DNA from: Camelus dromedarius
Lineage: Eukaryota
Assembly: GCF_036321535.1 (NCBI RefSeq)
Contig: NC_087472.1
Coordinates: 38,254,001 to 38,318,000 of the forward strand
DNA: 64,000 bases
Reading direction: 5' to 3'
The notes under the pieces are model-generated. The model searched no databases. It saw only the letters and a program-made list of their open reading frames with translations, and was not told the DNA's origin. The translations under genes and the position numbers were made by a program. Shown here in pieces: positions 23,301 to 36,620 of the stretch; the first letter of the stretch is position 1; the number at the start of each line of letters is the position of its first letter.

Positions 23301-25478
23301 CCACACTGGGGCCAGGAGGGCCCTCCCAGGCTGGCAAGGATGGCAGGAGTGGGACTGGGCATTCCATGGTGCTGAGGAGGGGCACACAGAGGGGAGCTGC
23401 TGTTGATTGCTGTTCACTTTCCCTGGAAGACACAAAGGATTCACTCTGCCTCCAGGCCCACCCTCCCCCCCTGAGGTGGAGGAAAGGATCAGATCACTTT
23501 GGTGACAAACCTCTGGTAAGCAATTTCCTCAAGGCCTGGCAAGACAATGCCAGGCTTGAAAATCAGCCTTGTCCTCGGCTAAGTTAGCATCCCCAGAGGC
23601 AGTGAGAAATGTGTGTGGCACACCTGGGGACAGAGCCGTGGGATGGCAGCGTTGGGAAGCTGGGCAGCAGAAGACTGATCCAAGCCCACAGTGGAAACGA
23701 GGGGGTGCTCTGCCTTTGGGAGGAGAGGTGGGAGAGCTTTGTTTCCCCCAGGCCTCCCACTGCGCTCTAAGGCCAAGAGGAGATGGATGGCCTATGTGCA
23801 TCCCACATGGACTTCTGCAGAGGGGGAGAAGGCAAGATGGAACCATGGAGTTAGCAGCTCTGTGCAGGGACCCAGTGCCAGGGAGGCTCCTGGGCCCTGC
23901 CTGTACTGTCCTGGGCCTCTGGCCTGAGGGGCAGGACCCCTTCTGGAAGTGGCCACTCTTCTCCTTTCCCAGCAGACTTGCCTGGGGAAAGGTTAACATT
24001 CCAGAGCTGGGCCCCCCACCCCTGAGCACTGAGGAAAAACACTTCGTTTTGACCAAAAAGAGTTCTGTTCCCATCCTCCTTTATCTCCCACAGAGTCTTC
24101 TGGGCTTTCCACAGTTCCACATTGTTTCCATGCTGAGGCCCACCTACAGGAATAGTTAGAGCAGCTGCCTGACCCTTTCTGGGGGTCCGGGATGGATGGG
24201 GGATGGCAAGGGATGGCAAGTCAAGAGCAGGGAGTGGCTTTAACCCTGGGTCGCAGCTTGGCTTCTGCTGGGATAATTGGGCTCAAGCCAGTCTCACAGA
24301 GTCTCCCGGACTGGGAATGCCGCTGAGTTAGAAGCAGCCTCTTGTGACCCAGCCACAACCAAGTTGTCCTGGTTCGGAGGGAAGTGCCCACGATCAGCTG
24401 GGCTCCATCTCTGTTAGCCTTTCACTCCCTCAAGCCTTCTTCTTCGTTTCCTGACTCCCCACTAGGCTCCCTGCTCTCCCCTCTGAGTTCCCCCTGATAC
24501 TCACAAGTCCCCAGTACCAGAGTCAGGCACACAATAGACAAATTATGAATAATCATTGTTTTCTTTCCCTATCACTGGCCTTCTGCTTCTGGCTTTTGTG
24601 GCCAAGATATTTGCTTCTCACCCCTACTCCCCACAGGGCTCTCTCCTCATCTCTTGAAACTCTAAGACAAAATCAGGGCCGTAGAGAAGGAAGAGAAGAA
24701 ACTAGACAATGACGGAGGGGAGGACTTGGTCTCACCATTCTCAGTCATGAAATGAAGCCCTCAGGTCCCCCTGCTGAGGTGGTAAAGCTTGGAGAGGGTG
24801 GGCAATGAGCAGGGCTAGCCTTCTGGAAGGATCCATGCTTCTCAAGCCCTTGACCCTATGAAAGCCCCACCCCAGGGAAGGGGTGGAGTTGCACAGGGGA
24901 ACTCTTAAGTTGACACTGGCATTGAGAATGTGTTATAAGCAGCAAATTCCCTCTGGCTAGACGTGCAAAACAATTTGAGAGGGCCTGGATCTTTGGATCT
25001 TATGTATCTCTGGACCTTCACTTTCCCTCCTCTTTCTCCCCAAAATGGTCTCCCCAGAACCTACATTCTCCATCCCTGTATATTCAGCTGCCCTTTGCAC
25101 CCCTGGCAGTAACTCAGCACCGCAGCCCGTCTGTGTGATACTAAGAACATAGTAATTTCACACACTCCCATTGCCTCTGGACCCCAAGGCACTGCAGGGC
25201 AGGCCAAAGTCTGCTTACACTTCTCCCTTGTCCAGTCAACTTCCCCGTGGACCTCCCTCATTGTCAGGAAAGGGGGCTGCACTCTTGTGATTACTGCCTC
25301 TCACACATCCTCTGCCCACCTAGCGAAATACACAGGTGGCCACACACCTAGCACTCCACTCCACTCCTAGAGGAGGAGAGAGAGAGGAGAGGCAAGTATG
25401 AAGCTCAGGGGATCCTCAGTGAGGCTAACCCAGGAGTGGCAAGTAACACTAGGTACTTGAGAGCAAGAACCAGTGAAA

Positions 25479-25632
25479 GGGGAGGGTATAGTTCAACTGG
25501 AGAGTTCATGCTTAGCATGAACAAGGTCCTAAGTTCAATCCCCATTATCGCTGTTAAAAAATAAATAAATAAAAATCTAATTACCTCCATTCCCCAAGCA
25601 AAAAAAAAAAACAAAAACAAAAACAAAATAAA
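25479..25632 (+). mobile_element. tRNA-Ala-derived SINE (Vic-1 type), more diverged copy
   Basis: Same body and tail as 6167-6280, plus an A/AC tail; TSD aagaaccagtgaa / aagaaccaatgga. Confidence 0.85.
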
Positions 25633-26036
25633 AAGAACCAATGGAAGGAGAGAGAATATTCTGCAGGTGCAGAATATGAGGTAAGCAACAGAGAAACCAA
25701 GACAAGACAAAGGAATGTTCTGCCTTGTCCTAGGCCATGCCCTGAAGGATCACGCTCTTCTGGGACCTCCCTTGGAAGGTTAACATGAAACCAGCCCCCT
25801 CAGCTATTGTGGGCCCTTTGGCTGGCCCAGCCCAACACATTTCCTTGCTGCACGCCCCCATACAAGGCCTCATGAGTGACAGGGATGGGCCAGAGGAAGC
25901 CTCGTGCTATCCAAAGGGTTTCTTGTATGTGGAGAGCATCCCTGAGCCTTCAGAAGCATGGATACACACAAGATCACACATAGATCCTGTGTCCACCCTG
26001 TTTACACAGGTCTTTCTTTTGCTATCAGCCTCTTAC

Positions 26037-26147
26037 CTGGGGGCAGGTGCTTCTGAGGCTGCTGCTGTGATGGAAGAGGTCAGCTGCCCGCCATTCATGA
26101 CATCGTGGGAGGGTGTAAGGGCATCCCTGCATGACCATAGGTTGCAT
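26037..26147 (-). CDS. DRP2: DRP2 first coding segment (exon 3; ATG at 26147)
   Basis: ATG CAA CCT ATG GTC...CCC CAG|gtaaga; MQPMVMQGCPYTLPRCHEWRAADLFHHSSSLRSTCPQ matches the recalled DRP2 N-terminus. Confidence 0.95.
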
Positions 26148-26208
26148 CAGAATCAAGGCTCATGGAGGGGTGAGGATGAGCAGTGCACCAACCATTGAAC
26201 ATAGGCAC
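26148..26208 (-). other. DRP2: 5' UTR part of DRP2 exon 3
   Basis: Strong acceptor tctctctttgttactattccag|GTGCC lies 61 nt upstream of the ATG. Confidence 0.85.
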
Positions 26209-26379
26209 CTGGAATAGTAACAAAGAGAGATTTAAAGTCAAAATCTAGAAAAAGGTCTGTAAATCCAGCACTAACACAGAGGTGCCTTGACCAGTTATGG
26301 AAATAAGAATTCAAAGCTTACAGACCTACCCAATAGCTTTTCCCAGGCCATCGTGTACCATAAAAGACTTGATGTAATT

Positions 26380-27600
26380 ATTGATCAAGGAAGTAGTTAT
26401 TGTTTCTCTATTGTGCTTTGTGCTAGAGACACAAAGACAATACGCTGCCTGAGATCTCACAGCCTGGGGATGGGGTGTGGGAGATGGAGGGGGGCAGTCA
26501 TGTAAGCTGATAATGATAATAAAACAATTATGCGTCAAATGCTATAATCGACGTTTGACCAAAAGGCCAGGGGAGCACAGAGTGTAGAAGAACTAACTCT
26601 ATCTGGGAATGTACAATGTTTTCAGAGAGACTGTATTTGAGATGAGTCTTGAAGGACAGGTAGATGTTTTCCTGTGCAGAGAAGGGGGAAAAGGTAGAAA
26701 TGCCTTCCGAGCAGAAGGACCCACCTGTGCAAAGGTGGATGTCACACGCACAAAAAAAGCACAGCATGTTCAGAGAACAGTAAATTCAGTATGGCTAGAG
26801 TTTAGGAGGCACAGAGATGAAAAAGACATGGTGCCTGTGCCTGAGAAGTTCACATACAGAGAGAACAGACATGGGGAAAATCAAGCCAGAAAGTGTTACT
26901 TGCATTGATAATAGAAGTATCTGTGGCATGGAGTGAAGGGATGGATGAGGAGAGTTCTACCTGGTCACATCAGGAAAAGTCTCCCTAGAGGAAATATGCT
27001 TGAGGTGAGTCATGAAAGAGAAATCAGATTGTCATCAGGCAGAGAAAATAAAACAAAAGAGATCATTTCAAACAGCGCAAAAATAAATGTACAGTGTGAC
27101 CAGAGTGTAAGGTAGGTGCCTTGTGGGGAGGAGCAGATGAGGCTGTGGCCAGATTGGGTCATGTCTTGAATGATAAGCAGAGGATTCTAGGCTTTATCTT
27201 GTAGACAATAGGGAGGCACTGAAGATTTTAAGCAGGGTAGTGACACGACCAGATTTGCAATTTCGAAAGAGCCCTCTGGCTGCCTTGTGGAGTGATTCTC
27301 CCAAGGGAAGAACCCATTGAGAAGCTGTTCTAACAGGCAGGCAGTTGCAGTGATGAGGGAGCAGAGAAGATGGCTTTGAGATACACTGAAGGGGTAAAAT
27401 TCACTGGGCTCTGTGATCACTTGGGTGTGAAGGGCGAGGGAGGTGAAGGAGTCAAAGATTTCTAATTTGGGAGCTGGGTAGATAATGCTGCCAACAGCAA
27501 GAGAGGCAAGACAGGAGAAGAAGCAAACTTGGTGTGGTAGAGGATGAGGGCCATGTTCTGTAATAAGCTGTGCTTGAGGCATGTTCAGTTTTTGATGTCA
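26380..27600 (-). mobile_element. L2 fragments
   Basis: gagatgagtcttgaaggacaggtag..., gaagattttaagcagggtagtgacacgaccagatttgc. Confidence 0.7.
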
Positions 27601-28269
27601 AGAGCTACGCTTAGGAAAGATATGAGTGAAAAAATTAAATGTCCAAAGCAATGGACAGTTTAGTGAATGTATCCAAAGTTGATGGGAATGGATGGCTAAG
27701 ACAATGCTTGAAAATGATCAAAGTGTTATCTTTTAGTGCTGGGTAGAGACATGCAAACCCTGATCCAAACAGCAGGAAGTGAGCATCTTCGATTCCTGAT
27801 GCTGATGGTTAAGTTGTTAACATGTTTGGTCTCTATTTCAGTGGTTCCCAACATTTTAGGTATAAGGGCCCCTTCTTAAAATAAAAATAAAAATATCTCA
27901 CTTCACCCACTCACACCTACATAGTAGCTGTAATTTTAGTACCTACAGAGTGAGAAAAACACTTACACACTTAAAGATCTGTGGACTCCTTGCATTAAGC
28001 ACCCTTCCCTCCTCCTCATGGGTCCGCGCTCCCAAGATTGGGGACTATTACAGATCACTAAGGTGCAAAAATCTATGGTTTGAATGACACTTTATTGTAG
28101 TCAAAGTCCCTGGAGATCACACAGCTACATAGTTTCTCATCCCCAAAGAGATTCCCCCAAAGAATGGTTGAAAAGAGGGATCCCCTCTGATCCAACACCA
28201 ACATAAAAGAATTAATCACTCAGATCAAAACTGAAGTATTGCTATGGACATGTTGTAAGTATGAAGGCT

Positions 28270-29230
28270 AGGAAAGGCTTGTTTTCAGACCTTTTTTATA
28301 TTCACATTTTAATTTTTGCTGATTATAGAAGTAACGCATATTCTTTATAGAAAAACTAAAAATACAGAAACTCACAACTGAAAATAAAAATAACCAATAG
28401 TACTACTACCAAGAGATTACTAACAGGTCTGAACCTTACAGTAGTTTTTCTATGAAAAATATATACATACACTTTGGAAATAAAATTGTCATCATATTAT
28501 ATATATATGTATTTTGTGTCATGCTTTTTTTTCATTTGCCATTTATATGATGATCAGTTTATAATATCACTATTTCTCTAAAACATGATTTCTAATGGCT
28601 GCAAAGATGGTAGACTGCTATGATTGAGGCCATGGGCTTTGGCATCAGACAGACATAGGGTGAAACCCACACTATTCAACCTATTAACAGTGTGGCCTGG
28701 GGCAAGTTAACCTCTCTGAGCTTCAGTGTGTTCATCTGTAACATAAGGATGACTATCCTCAAAGACTTGCTCTAATGATTAAAATTTAAAATGTTTTAAG
28801 GTGACTTAGCACAGTGTCTGGCAATAGTACACTGTTAAATAAATGTTACATGCAGTTATTGTTGTATATTATTTTACTGAATGGATATGTCATAATTTAT
28901 TTTGCCAGCCTTATGCATATTTGTGATTCTTTCCTTAGGATTATCTCCTAGAAGGGAGAATTCCTGGATCAAAAGGTGTGAGCCAATTTCAGACTTGTGA
29001 TACATACTTCTAAACTGCCCTAGGAAAAAGTCAGATCACTTTATACTACCACCAGCAATGTATGAGAGTGACAGTTTCCCAGCACACTTGCCAACAGTGA
29101 GTACTCTTATTTTTAAAGTATTTTTTCCAGTTTTATAAGTGAGGATGGCATCTTGAAGACTACTTTGTATTTCCTTAATTACTAGAAGTGCTTAACTTTT
29201 TCTTTACATTTTTAGTGGCCAGTTGTATTT
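28270..29230 (-). mobile_element. L1ME-type fragment with nested MIR (about 28620-28850)
   Basis: cactttatactaccaccagcaatgtatgagagtgacagtttccc...; MIR core ggggcaagttaacctctctgagcttcagt. Confidence 0.7.
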
Positions 29231-30349
29231 CTTCTTTCATAAACTTTTTCTCTTTTGAGGTTCACATTTCTACAGATTAACTTCCTTCCTTCTTATTCCT
29301 CTACCGGCCTGATGTCAGGTTGACACTTCACAAAACAAAAATACAACAAACCCAGGAATCAGAGAATTCAGATCATTCTGGTCCTAGCATAACTATCCTC
29401 TGCTATTTTCAGACTTTGTCACTGACTGTAACCTCACGTCATTTCACCTCTCTAGACCTTGGTTTGCTAAGCTGTAAAATGTTAAACAGTTGCCACACAT
29501 CAAAATGCTAGCATTCCCTGTATTTCTATAGCATGCTTTTGTAGTGTGCTATACTGCCTGTCTTGATCCTCAGTACAACCTGATAAGGTTCTCCCAGCCA
29601 GAATCATGATCCCATCTAACAGATGAAAATGTTGAGACACAAGTGAACCTGGGCCTCCTGACCCCTGGCCAGTGCTCTTTGTTCTACACAAAGATTCTTC
29701 TTTCTGCCTCTTTAGTTATCTCCATCCTATCCCAAATTACTACCTACACATATTGATTCTCTTCTTATTTCCCTTTTTAACTTGCAGAGGCTGTGAGGAA
29801 TTGGAGGTGAGTTGGTCAAGCATAAGGAATAAGACAGCTAAACAAAAAAAGTATCACTTAAGGGAGAAAATGATTCATACCTTACATGGGCCACAGAAAT
29901 CATGCTATAAGAGCAGAAACTGTTTACTTCAAGTTGGAGGGATTTCAGAGGTATTTACAGAAGAGATGTTTTTGAGCTAAGGTGACAGAGAGGATTTGGA
30001 CACACAAAGTAGTGTGGAGGATGTTTTTGGGGTGTCACTCACTCTTTTGTGCTCTCCTCTAGGGATCCTGCTAGATACTAAGCTATGGCTTTTTCCCACT
30101 AAGAATACTTTTTTCTTGGTTCTCAAAATCACACACAGGCCCCTCCAGGAGGATTCACTGTTTCTCTTGGGCAGAGATAAAAGCTTTAAAAATGTGTGGG
30201 AAATACCAGGATTCCAGCACAAAAGCAAGGTTGTTGGCTCACGGAGGACAAGGTCCGGGCCGGATACTTATTTCTATCCTACATTTTTTTTTTTTTTGAC
30301 ACAGAACCAGACACAGAACAGGCACTCAGTGAATGTTTCCTGACTTGAT

Positions 30350-30679
30350 CTTTTAAATTAAAGTATAGTTGATTTACAATATCATATTAGTTTCAGGTGT
30401 ACAAGATAGTGATTCAGTATTTTTATACTCCATTTAAAGTTATTACGAACTAATGGCTTTATTTCCCTGTGCTCTAAAAAATACCCTTTTTGCTCATATA
30501 TTTTATCCATAGACAAATACTCTATGTTATCACTTATATGTGGAATCTAAAAAATAAAACAAATGTGTATAACAAAATGGAAAGAGACTCACAAATCTAG
30601 AGAAAAAAACTAGTGGTTACCAGTAGCGAGACGTAATTGGGAAGAGGCGAGATAGAGGAATGGGATTAAGAGACACAAA
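30350..30679 (-). mobile_element. L1 insertion with 5' inversion (twin priming)
   Basis: TSD ctgacttgat at 30340-30349 and 30680-30689; antisense tail to about 30508, then a sense upstream segment. Confidence 0.85.
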
Positions 30680-31747
30680 CTGACTTGATGTATTGAATTG
30701 AACTCCAATTAGGTAGGTGTACAGGTTCTCAACTTTGGAGGTACAAAGCCCAGGAGGCACGAAGAGTAAGGCTTTGGATACACATATTTACTTGCATTTA
30801 TGTGAACTGATGTATATGGAACTTTACTATTTGAAGCTTGAAATGGCAAAAAACTGCAAATAACCTAAATAAATAAATAATGGTGCATCCATATAATGGA
30901 ATTCTATACAGCTATTAAAAACATTTCTTTGGGATTTTTTCTTATTTTCCCTCTTTTCAAAAACTTAAATATAACTTACAAAAAGTGCATAAAACATATG
31001 TGTAAAATATATTGAATTATTATAAAGCGAATCTCCATATAATCACTGCTTGGACTGAGAAATAGAATAATTACTCACACCCAGAAAAGTCCCATGTCGC
31101 CAATGAAAGATGAAGTTTTTACTGAATATCCTTTTGTACCTTTTGAATTTTGAACCGTACAAATATATTTGCTATTTAACAGCTACTTTCTCCCTCCTTC
31201 CCTACTCCTCACCCCAGTGCCATGGGCATCTTCAACTGTTTTTTGGAAAGGTTGGTATAGCAGCTTTTCCATAACCAAATAAATAATAACAGTTAAAAGT
31301 TACTGTATTCCACATTTCACACATATTAACTAGTCTGTCTGTATATATCAAGTCATTTAATCCTCAGGACAACACTAGTAAGTAGTTATTATTGTTGTCT
31401 GTATTATGCTGATAAGAACACGGTGGCACAGAGACAGTAAGTAACTTGTTCAAAGTGATACTGTGAATATGAGGTGAGGAACTAGTTGGGATTAATATCC
31501 AGGCAGGTGTGTCCCACAATACAAGTTCCTCAAAGCTACACTATTCTGCCTCTGTAAATTCTAGAACCCAGACTCTGAGGCATTGTGGTCACTGACACCT
31601 GGAAAGTAGAGAAGATTTCTGGCTGTGGCCCGCCAGCTGGGAGCCCAAGTGCCAACTCGGATGTGCCACCACCAGGCAAAGACACAAGCAATTAAGAACA
31701 GACAGGATGCAGTGATTCTGGGGTGTCACCCAGCTGGCAAATCTTAC

Positions 31748-31884
31748 AGAGCATTTAAATGACCTTCCCAGGACATTTGAGAAGTAAAATTCTGGTCAGC
31801 TCTCCTGGTCTGACCTCAGAGCTTCCCCAGTGCCTTAGAGCTCAGTAACTTTTTTTTTTGGATGCATGGATAAGCTCTTTCCAC
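31748..31884 (-). other. DRP2: Candidate non-coding DRP2 exon 2
   Basis: Strong acceptor cttctccattttatag|GTGGAAAG and donor TCT|gtaaga in non-repeat sequence, at about the expected position between exon 1 and exon 3; no transcript evidence available. Confidence 0.4.
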
Positions 31885-32538
31885 CTATAAAATGGAGAAG
31901 TCTAGGAACCAATCCTACAGAAATACTTGCAGAAGTTGGACGAGGGTGTCTGCTGCAGTATTGTTTGCAATTGCAAAACTCTGCAATTGACTCAAATGTC
32001 CATCAGCGAGGGACTGGTTAAGTGGACTGTGTCGGAGAGGCGGCACCATTTGACAGTGAAGGGCGTGGGCTCAGAGCCAGCACGCTCGAGTTTGCATCCT
32101 GGCTCTGTCACCTATCATCACAGGTTGGATGAGCTCCCTGACTTCCATGCTTCAGTCCCTGCATCTGTAAAACGGGGATAACGAAAAGACCTACTTCATA
32201 GCCTTGTTGTAAGGAGTTAATTCATAGTTTCTGACATCTAGTAGGTACTCAAATCTTTTCTATTACTGTAGCCACTCACACAAAGGAATATTACGTAGCT
32301 GTTAAAAAGAAAGAGATAGTTCTGTACTCACTGATTTGAACAGATGTCTAAGATATATATTTTAGGTTAAAAAAAGACAAGTGTCAGAATTCATATGTCT
32401 GGTAGAACTCCAATGTTGTAAAAAACCCTTTTCTTTCTGTGTATGCACAGAAAGCAAGTCTGCAAGGATGCACAAAACTGTTCAGTAATATTGCTTCTAG
32501 AGTTGTATGAGCGGGACTTTCCTTTTGACTTTATACAC

Positions 32539-32540
<2 letters not shown>

Positions 32541-32575
<35 letters not shown>
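32541..32575. repeat. (TG)n microsatellite
   Basis: Perfect TG run. Confidence 0.95.
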
Positions 32576-32578
<3 letters not shown>

Positions 32579-33079
32579 CATATATATAAAATTTTTTACA
32601 ACAAGCATTTATTATTCTTGGAAGAAAAAAATAAATAGGGAAGACTTCTAAATCACGAGAGGCATGGGAAAGAGCAGGGCAGTGAAAAGAAGACTCCTTT
32701 CCGTGAGCTAGAGATTCCTCTCTTCAATCCAAGGCAACACACGGCACTGCCTTTCTACCTAACAGCATGGCACTAAGAGACAAGACACACATTTCATTTG
32801 TACTGATCCTTGTTATGTGCTCCTAAAATAATTCCTGCAATGTAGCCAAAAACCAAGGTTCTGCTCCAGATGCTCTCACTTAATGAATAAATCATGGGAA
32901 CACAGATTGTCAAGCTGGTAGGGACCTCAGAGATTATCTAGGCCAACCCGCTCATTTACAAACGGAAGCAATGAAATGTGTTCCTGAGAAGGTAGCTGTT
33001 AAGAAACTTTGAGAAATAAAATTTATTTTCCAGTGAGGGAAAAAAAATCAGAGATGTATTCTCACGAGGAGAATGTTAT

Positions 33080-33750
33080 TCTAAGAACCAATTAATGCAA
33101 TACATCGGTGGGAGTATAAGTTAGTAAACCATTTTGGAGAGCAATTTGACAGTTATCTCCCAAAGGTGAAAATTCTCATACCCTGTGATGGGATTAGTCC
33201 CTCCTAGGTATATAGTCACATACAACTATCTACACAGGAATGATCATAGTGGCCCTAACTGTGAACCCAAAATTGGAAATAGCCTAAATGTCCATAAACA
33301 GAAGAATGGATAAATAAATCATAGCATATTCATTAAGTGGAATGCTATACAATAGTGAAAAATGAATGAACTAGAGCCACATGTCACAACATGGATGAAT
33401 TTCACAAATATAACATTGACTAGAAAAAAACAACCTGGAGAAGAATATATACCACCGATATACATTTTTAAAATACATAAAGCAGTGGCATATGCTGCTT
33501 AAAGACACATACATATGTAGTAAAAGTAAAAATAAATGCATGAGAATAATAAACGCAAAATCCACAGAGACTGGTTACTTCAGAAGGAAGAAAGCGGGGA
33601 GTTTTAATCACAGAAGGAGAGACAGAAGGTTTCAACTCTACTGATGATGTTTTTTCTTAAGCTGGGTGGTGGGTAGGTATCCTGATTTTCATTCTATTAT
33701 TCTTTATACCTCTTTGAATGTCTACAAATTTTCATAACTCAATGTTTTAA
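33080..33750 (+). mobile_element. Old L1ME 3' fragment
   Basis: ggagtataagttagtaaaccattttggagagcaatttgaca..., aaatgtccataaacagaagaatggataaataaat. Confidence 0.7.
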
Positions 33751-36133
33751 AGAATGTAACAAATCCCAAGCTGAAAGGGAAATTCATAATTTTCAGATAT
33801 AACAAAAGAACTAAAGAAATGGATATGATACAAATGTCTCACTCAAAAAGACAGGATTATTCCTTAAACCTACTTCATTTTCCTGGGACTAGTTTCTCAG
33901 GAGGGAACTTGTTAGAGAAGCCACAATTGGGCACAGGGAACTGAGAATCAGGAGGTAAGATTCCACTCTCTCAGATATTAAAAAGGACAATTTCATTAAT
34001 CTCTCAATTTTTTCACGCTTAAAAATGTGTTGTGATTTTAAAAACTGGATTCGATTATTTTTTAGGTTTATAAAAAGCACTTCCTAAAACTGTGTATGCA
34101 AGATGCTAACTTTTTTTTCCACGGAGAAGAGTGTTCCCTGGTCAAATCCATTTGGGATACACTGGGTCGTCAAAATTAAACAGCTTTATTTACACTTATA
34201 TACATTCTGACTCTCCAAGAGGAGAATTCAGTTATGAAGTGTTTTCAAAAAATTATTTGGAGCATAGAAGGCACCCCGCCCCACCACCATTCCTTATTTT
34301 AAAACAGAATCTATTAACATTCTCTCAGAACAGTGTTCTGTGAAACATCCATTTGGTAAATGTCGTCCTAGAAGGATTTATCTCGCTTACTTGTTCAGTT
34401 GCTGATGTATGTTTGGAATTCTTTGTAAGAGAGGAGAGTAGTTTCCTAGTATAACTTCCATAGAGTGGGTTTCCTTTGAGGGAGTGTCCCTGGCCAATTT
34501 AGAAGGCTGTGTTTTTTGGGCTTCGCGAGTGAGAGCCCGTCCCAGCTGACACTGTGGACTTAACATTAGAAACTTTTGAGTACCTATGATTAGAAGTGCT
34601 GCATCCCAGATGTGCTCTCTGCATCTGGCTCTTGGGCCTTTGCTAAGTTTGCTGCTTCAAGCTGTGCCTCCCTCCTTTGGGTGATTGTGGAGCTGAAGGG
34701 TGCTCTGGACCGGAGCTCAGGGCAGAGAGCCTGGGAGGACCACTCTCACAAGAAGAGGAGCCCCATCTAAGTGCCTTCATCCTCCAGCACTGGTTTGCAG
34801 GAGGCAGGACTGCAGAGCCGAGGCCAGCCCACCCAGGAAAAGACGGCTCCGTCTTCTTCCAGGGACAGGACACTCATCACTTCCCCTGACAGCGTGGCCT
34901 TTTGGGGTGAGGGGTTCCTTAGAAGGTCCCAAGGTTCTCTGGAACTGTCTCCCCATCCAGATCCCAGAGGGGAAATCTCCTGGGGTTTGTGGCTCCCACA
35001 GGGCCTTTTAAATGGTGATTTACCTGAGGGCCTTTCATCTAGAAACAAAGATTCCTTCGGAAAAGTGAGGCGCTAAGGTGAACTCAACATAGAGATTTTT
35101 AAAGCTTTCTGTTCCTTTGAACAATCAAAAAGAAAACATAAGAGGAAAGTATGTTCTTTTCCAGGCACCAGGCACCAGGCTCTCGGTGGAAGCAGGCAGC
35201 CACCGCAGCTACTGCTCCTCTTTCTCTACCCTACTCCGCCCAGCCCTGTGCCCAGCCCTGACCTCAACACCTATGAGGCCTGGCTCCCCCTCCCTCCCAA
35301 AGGCAGAATAAGCCTGAACTCCCCACACAGCCTCAGGCCCACTTACCAGGCTGGGGCATTGGGCCTGATGCTGGGGAAAGGTGACGAGAGCAGAAGGAAA
35401 GGGGTATTGGATTCCACGAGGGGCAAAAGCCCCATTTCAAAGCTCTCCCAGATCTGCTCTCAGGAGTGGAGAGGTGCCTCTTGGTTACAGAGGCTAGAAA
35501 GGAAATCGAGGGAAGCAGCAAGGGGAAAACTGCAACAGGGAAGCCGGACTGAGCCAGGAAGTAAATGCAGAGATTAGGATGCGCTTCAGCCCCGGGCTCC
35601 TAGGTCAGAGCCTGGGTTACTCCAGGGAAGCGCTTCTGTGTCCGGTCTGCTGGCCAGACACTCATTTGTTCAGGGAGCCTGCTCCGAGGTCCTGGTTTCC
35701 TCTCTCCTTCCTTTTCAGCCAAGGCTTTCCACACCCCTTTGCTTCCCTCCCGCTGGGAAAGCCATCCGTGGACAAAAAGCATGTCATTGAGAACAGACAT
35801 AAATAAATAAACAAGTAAATATATAAATGCCCCTCTCTTCTCAAAGCTGCAAACTATGGACCTTCCTCTTATTCATTTTTAGACCACAGTTGCTAGATTG
35901 GCTGGAGTTTCTGTTCCTGGGTATCTTTTTTTTCCCTTCTACAAATCCAAGCAGTGGCTACTTCATTATGGGCATTTTTTAATGCAAGTTTCCCCCCCAA
36001 AGGCACAAGCAGACGGCAGGCAGGCAGGCAGGTGCACACACACAAACACACACAGACACACACACATGGGCTCACACACAGGCGCACACAGAGTACCTCT
36101 GGAGCTTCCCTTCCCTCAGTCATTTCCTCTTAC

Positions 36134-36330
36134 CAGCTGAAAAAGGGCGAGGCTTGGAAATCATTTCTCTGTGGCCTACCTTCTGATTCCGGCAAGTCTG
36201 AGGAGCAGGCGGCAACTGGGAGCTGGGTGGCCGGGGCTGGGCTGCCTCTGTGAATCAGCAAAGAAGTCCCTGAGACAGGGATGCCGACAGCTGCTGTGTG
36301 CACACTCTCCCTCCGTCTCCCCCACCTCCC
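36134..36330 (-). other. DRP2: Candidate non-coding DRP2 exon 1 (two possible donors)
   Basis: Locally GC- and CpG-richer unique sequence with donors AAG|gtaggc (exon end 36180) and CTG|gtaaga (exon end 36134); the 5' end is uncertain. Confidence 0.45.
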
Positions 36331-36620
36331 TGCCCTCCTTCTCCTGCTCCTCCTCCCCTTTCCCAGCCGTTCTGTGTTGCTATGCCATCATATCACCAGG
36401 GCTCACAGCATCGCTCCCTCCGAACTCAGGCAGAGATACCCTTGACTGGGCAAATGCAGAAAGAGCAAGGACAGTTTTGTCAAACTACCAGAGCCTTGGC
36501 GGCTCTCAGAGATTTCAATTCATTAGAAGCAGAGGAGGAAAGCGGAAGAGGCTGAGAGGCAGAGGGGGAGAGGGGGAGAGGCTTCCACTGGGAAGGAGGA
36601 GACAAAAGAGGCTGGGAGAT
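36300..36620 (-). promoter_or_regulatory. Candidate DRP2 upstream promoter (purine/pyrimidine-biased, non-CpG-island)
   Basis: CT-rich and GA-rich tracts immediately 5' of candidate exon 1; inferred from position only. Confidence 0.3.

Noticed and set aside
23356-23376. RE1/NRSE-like site CTCAGCACCATGGAATGCCCA (minus strand)
   Set aside because: Only 15/21 to consensus, and the GGACAG half-site is broken.
22275-24219. Long ORFs of 180-207 aa in GC-rich intron 3, and the 195-aa ORF at 36171-36758
   Set aside because: No recognisable domain; low-complexity composition expected by chance in GC-rich DNA.
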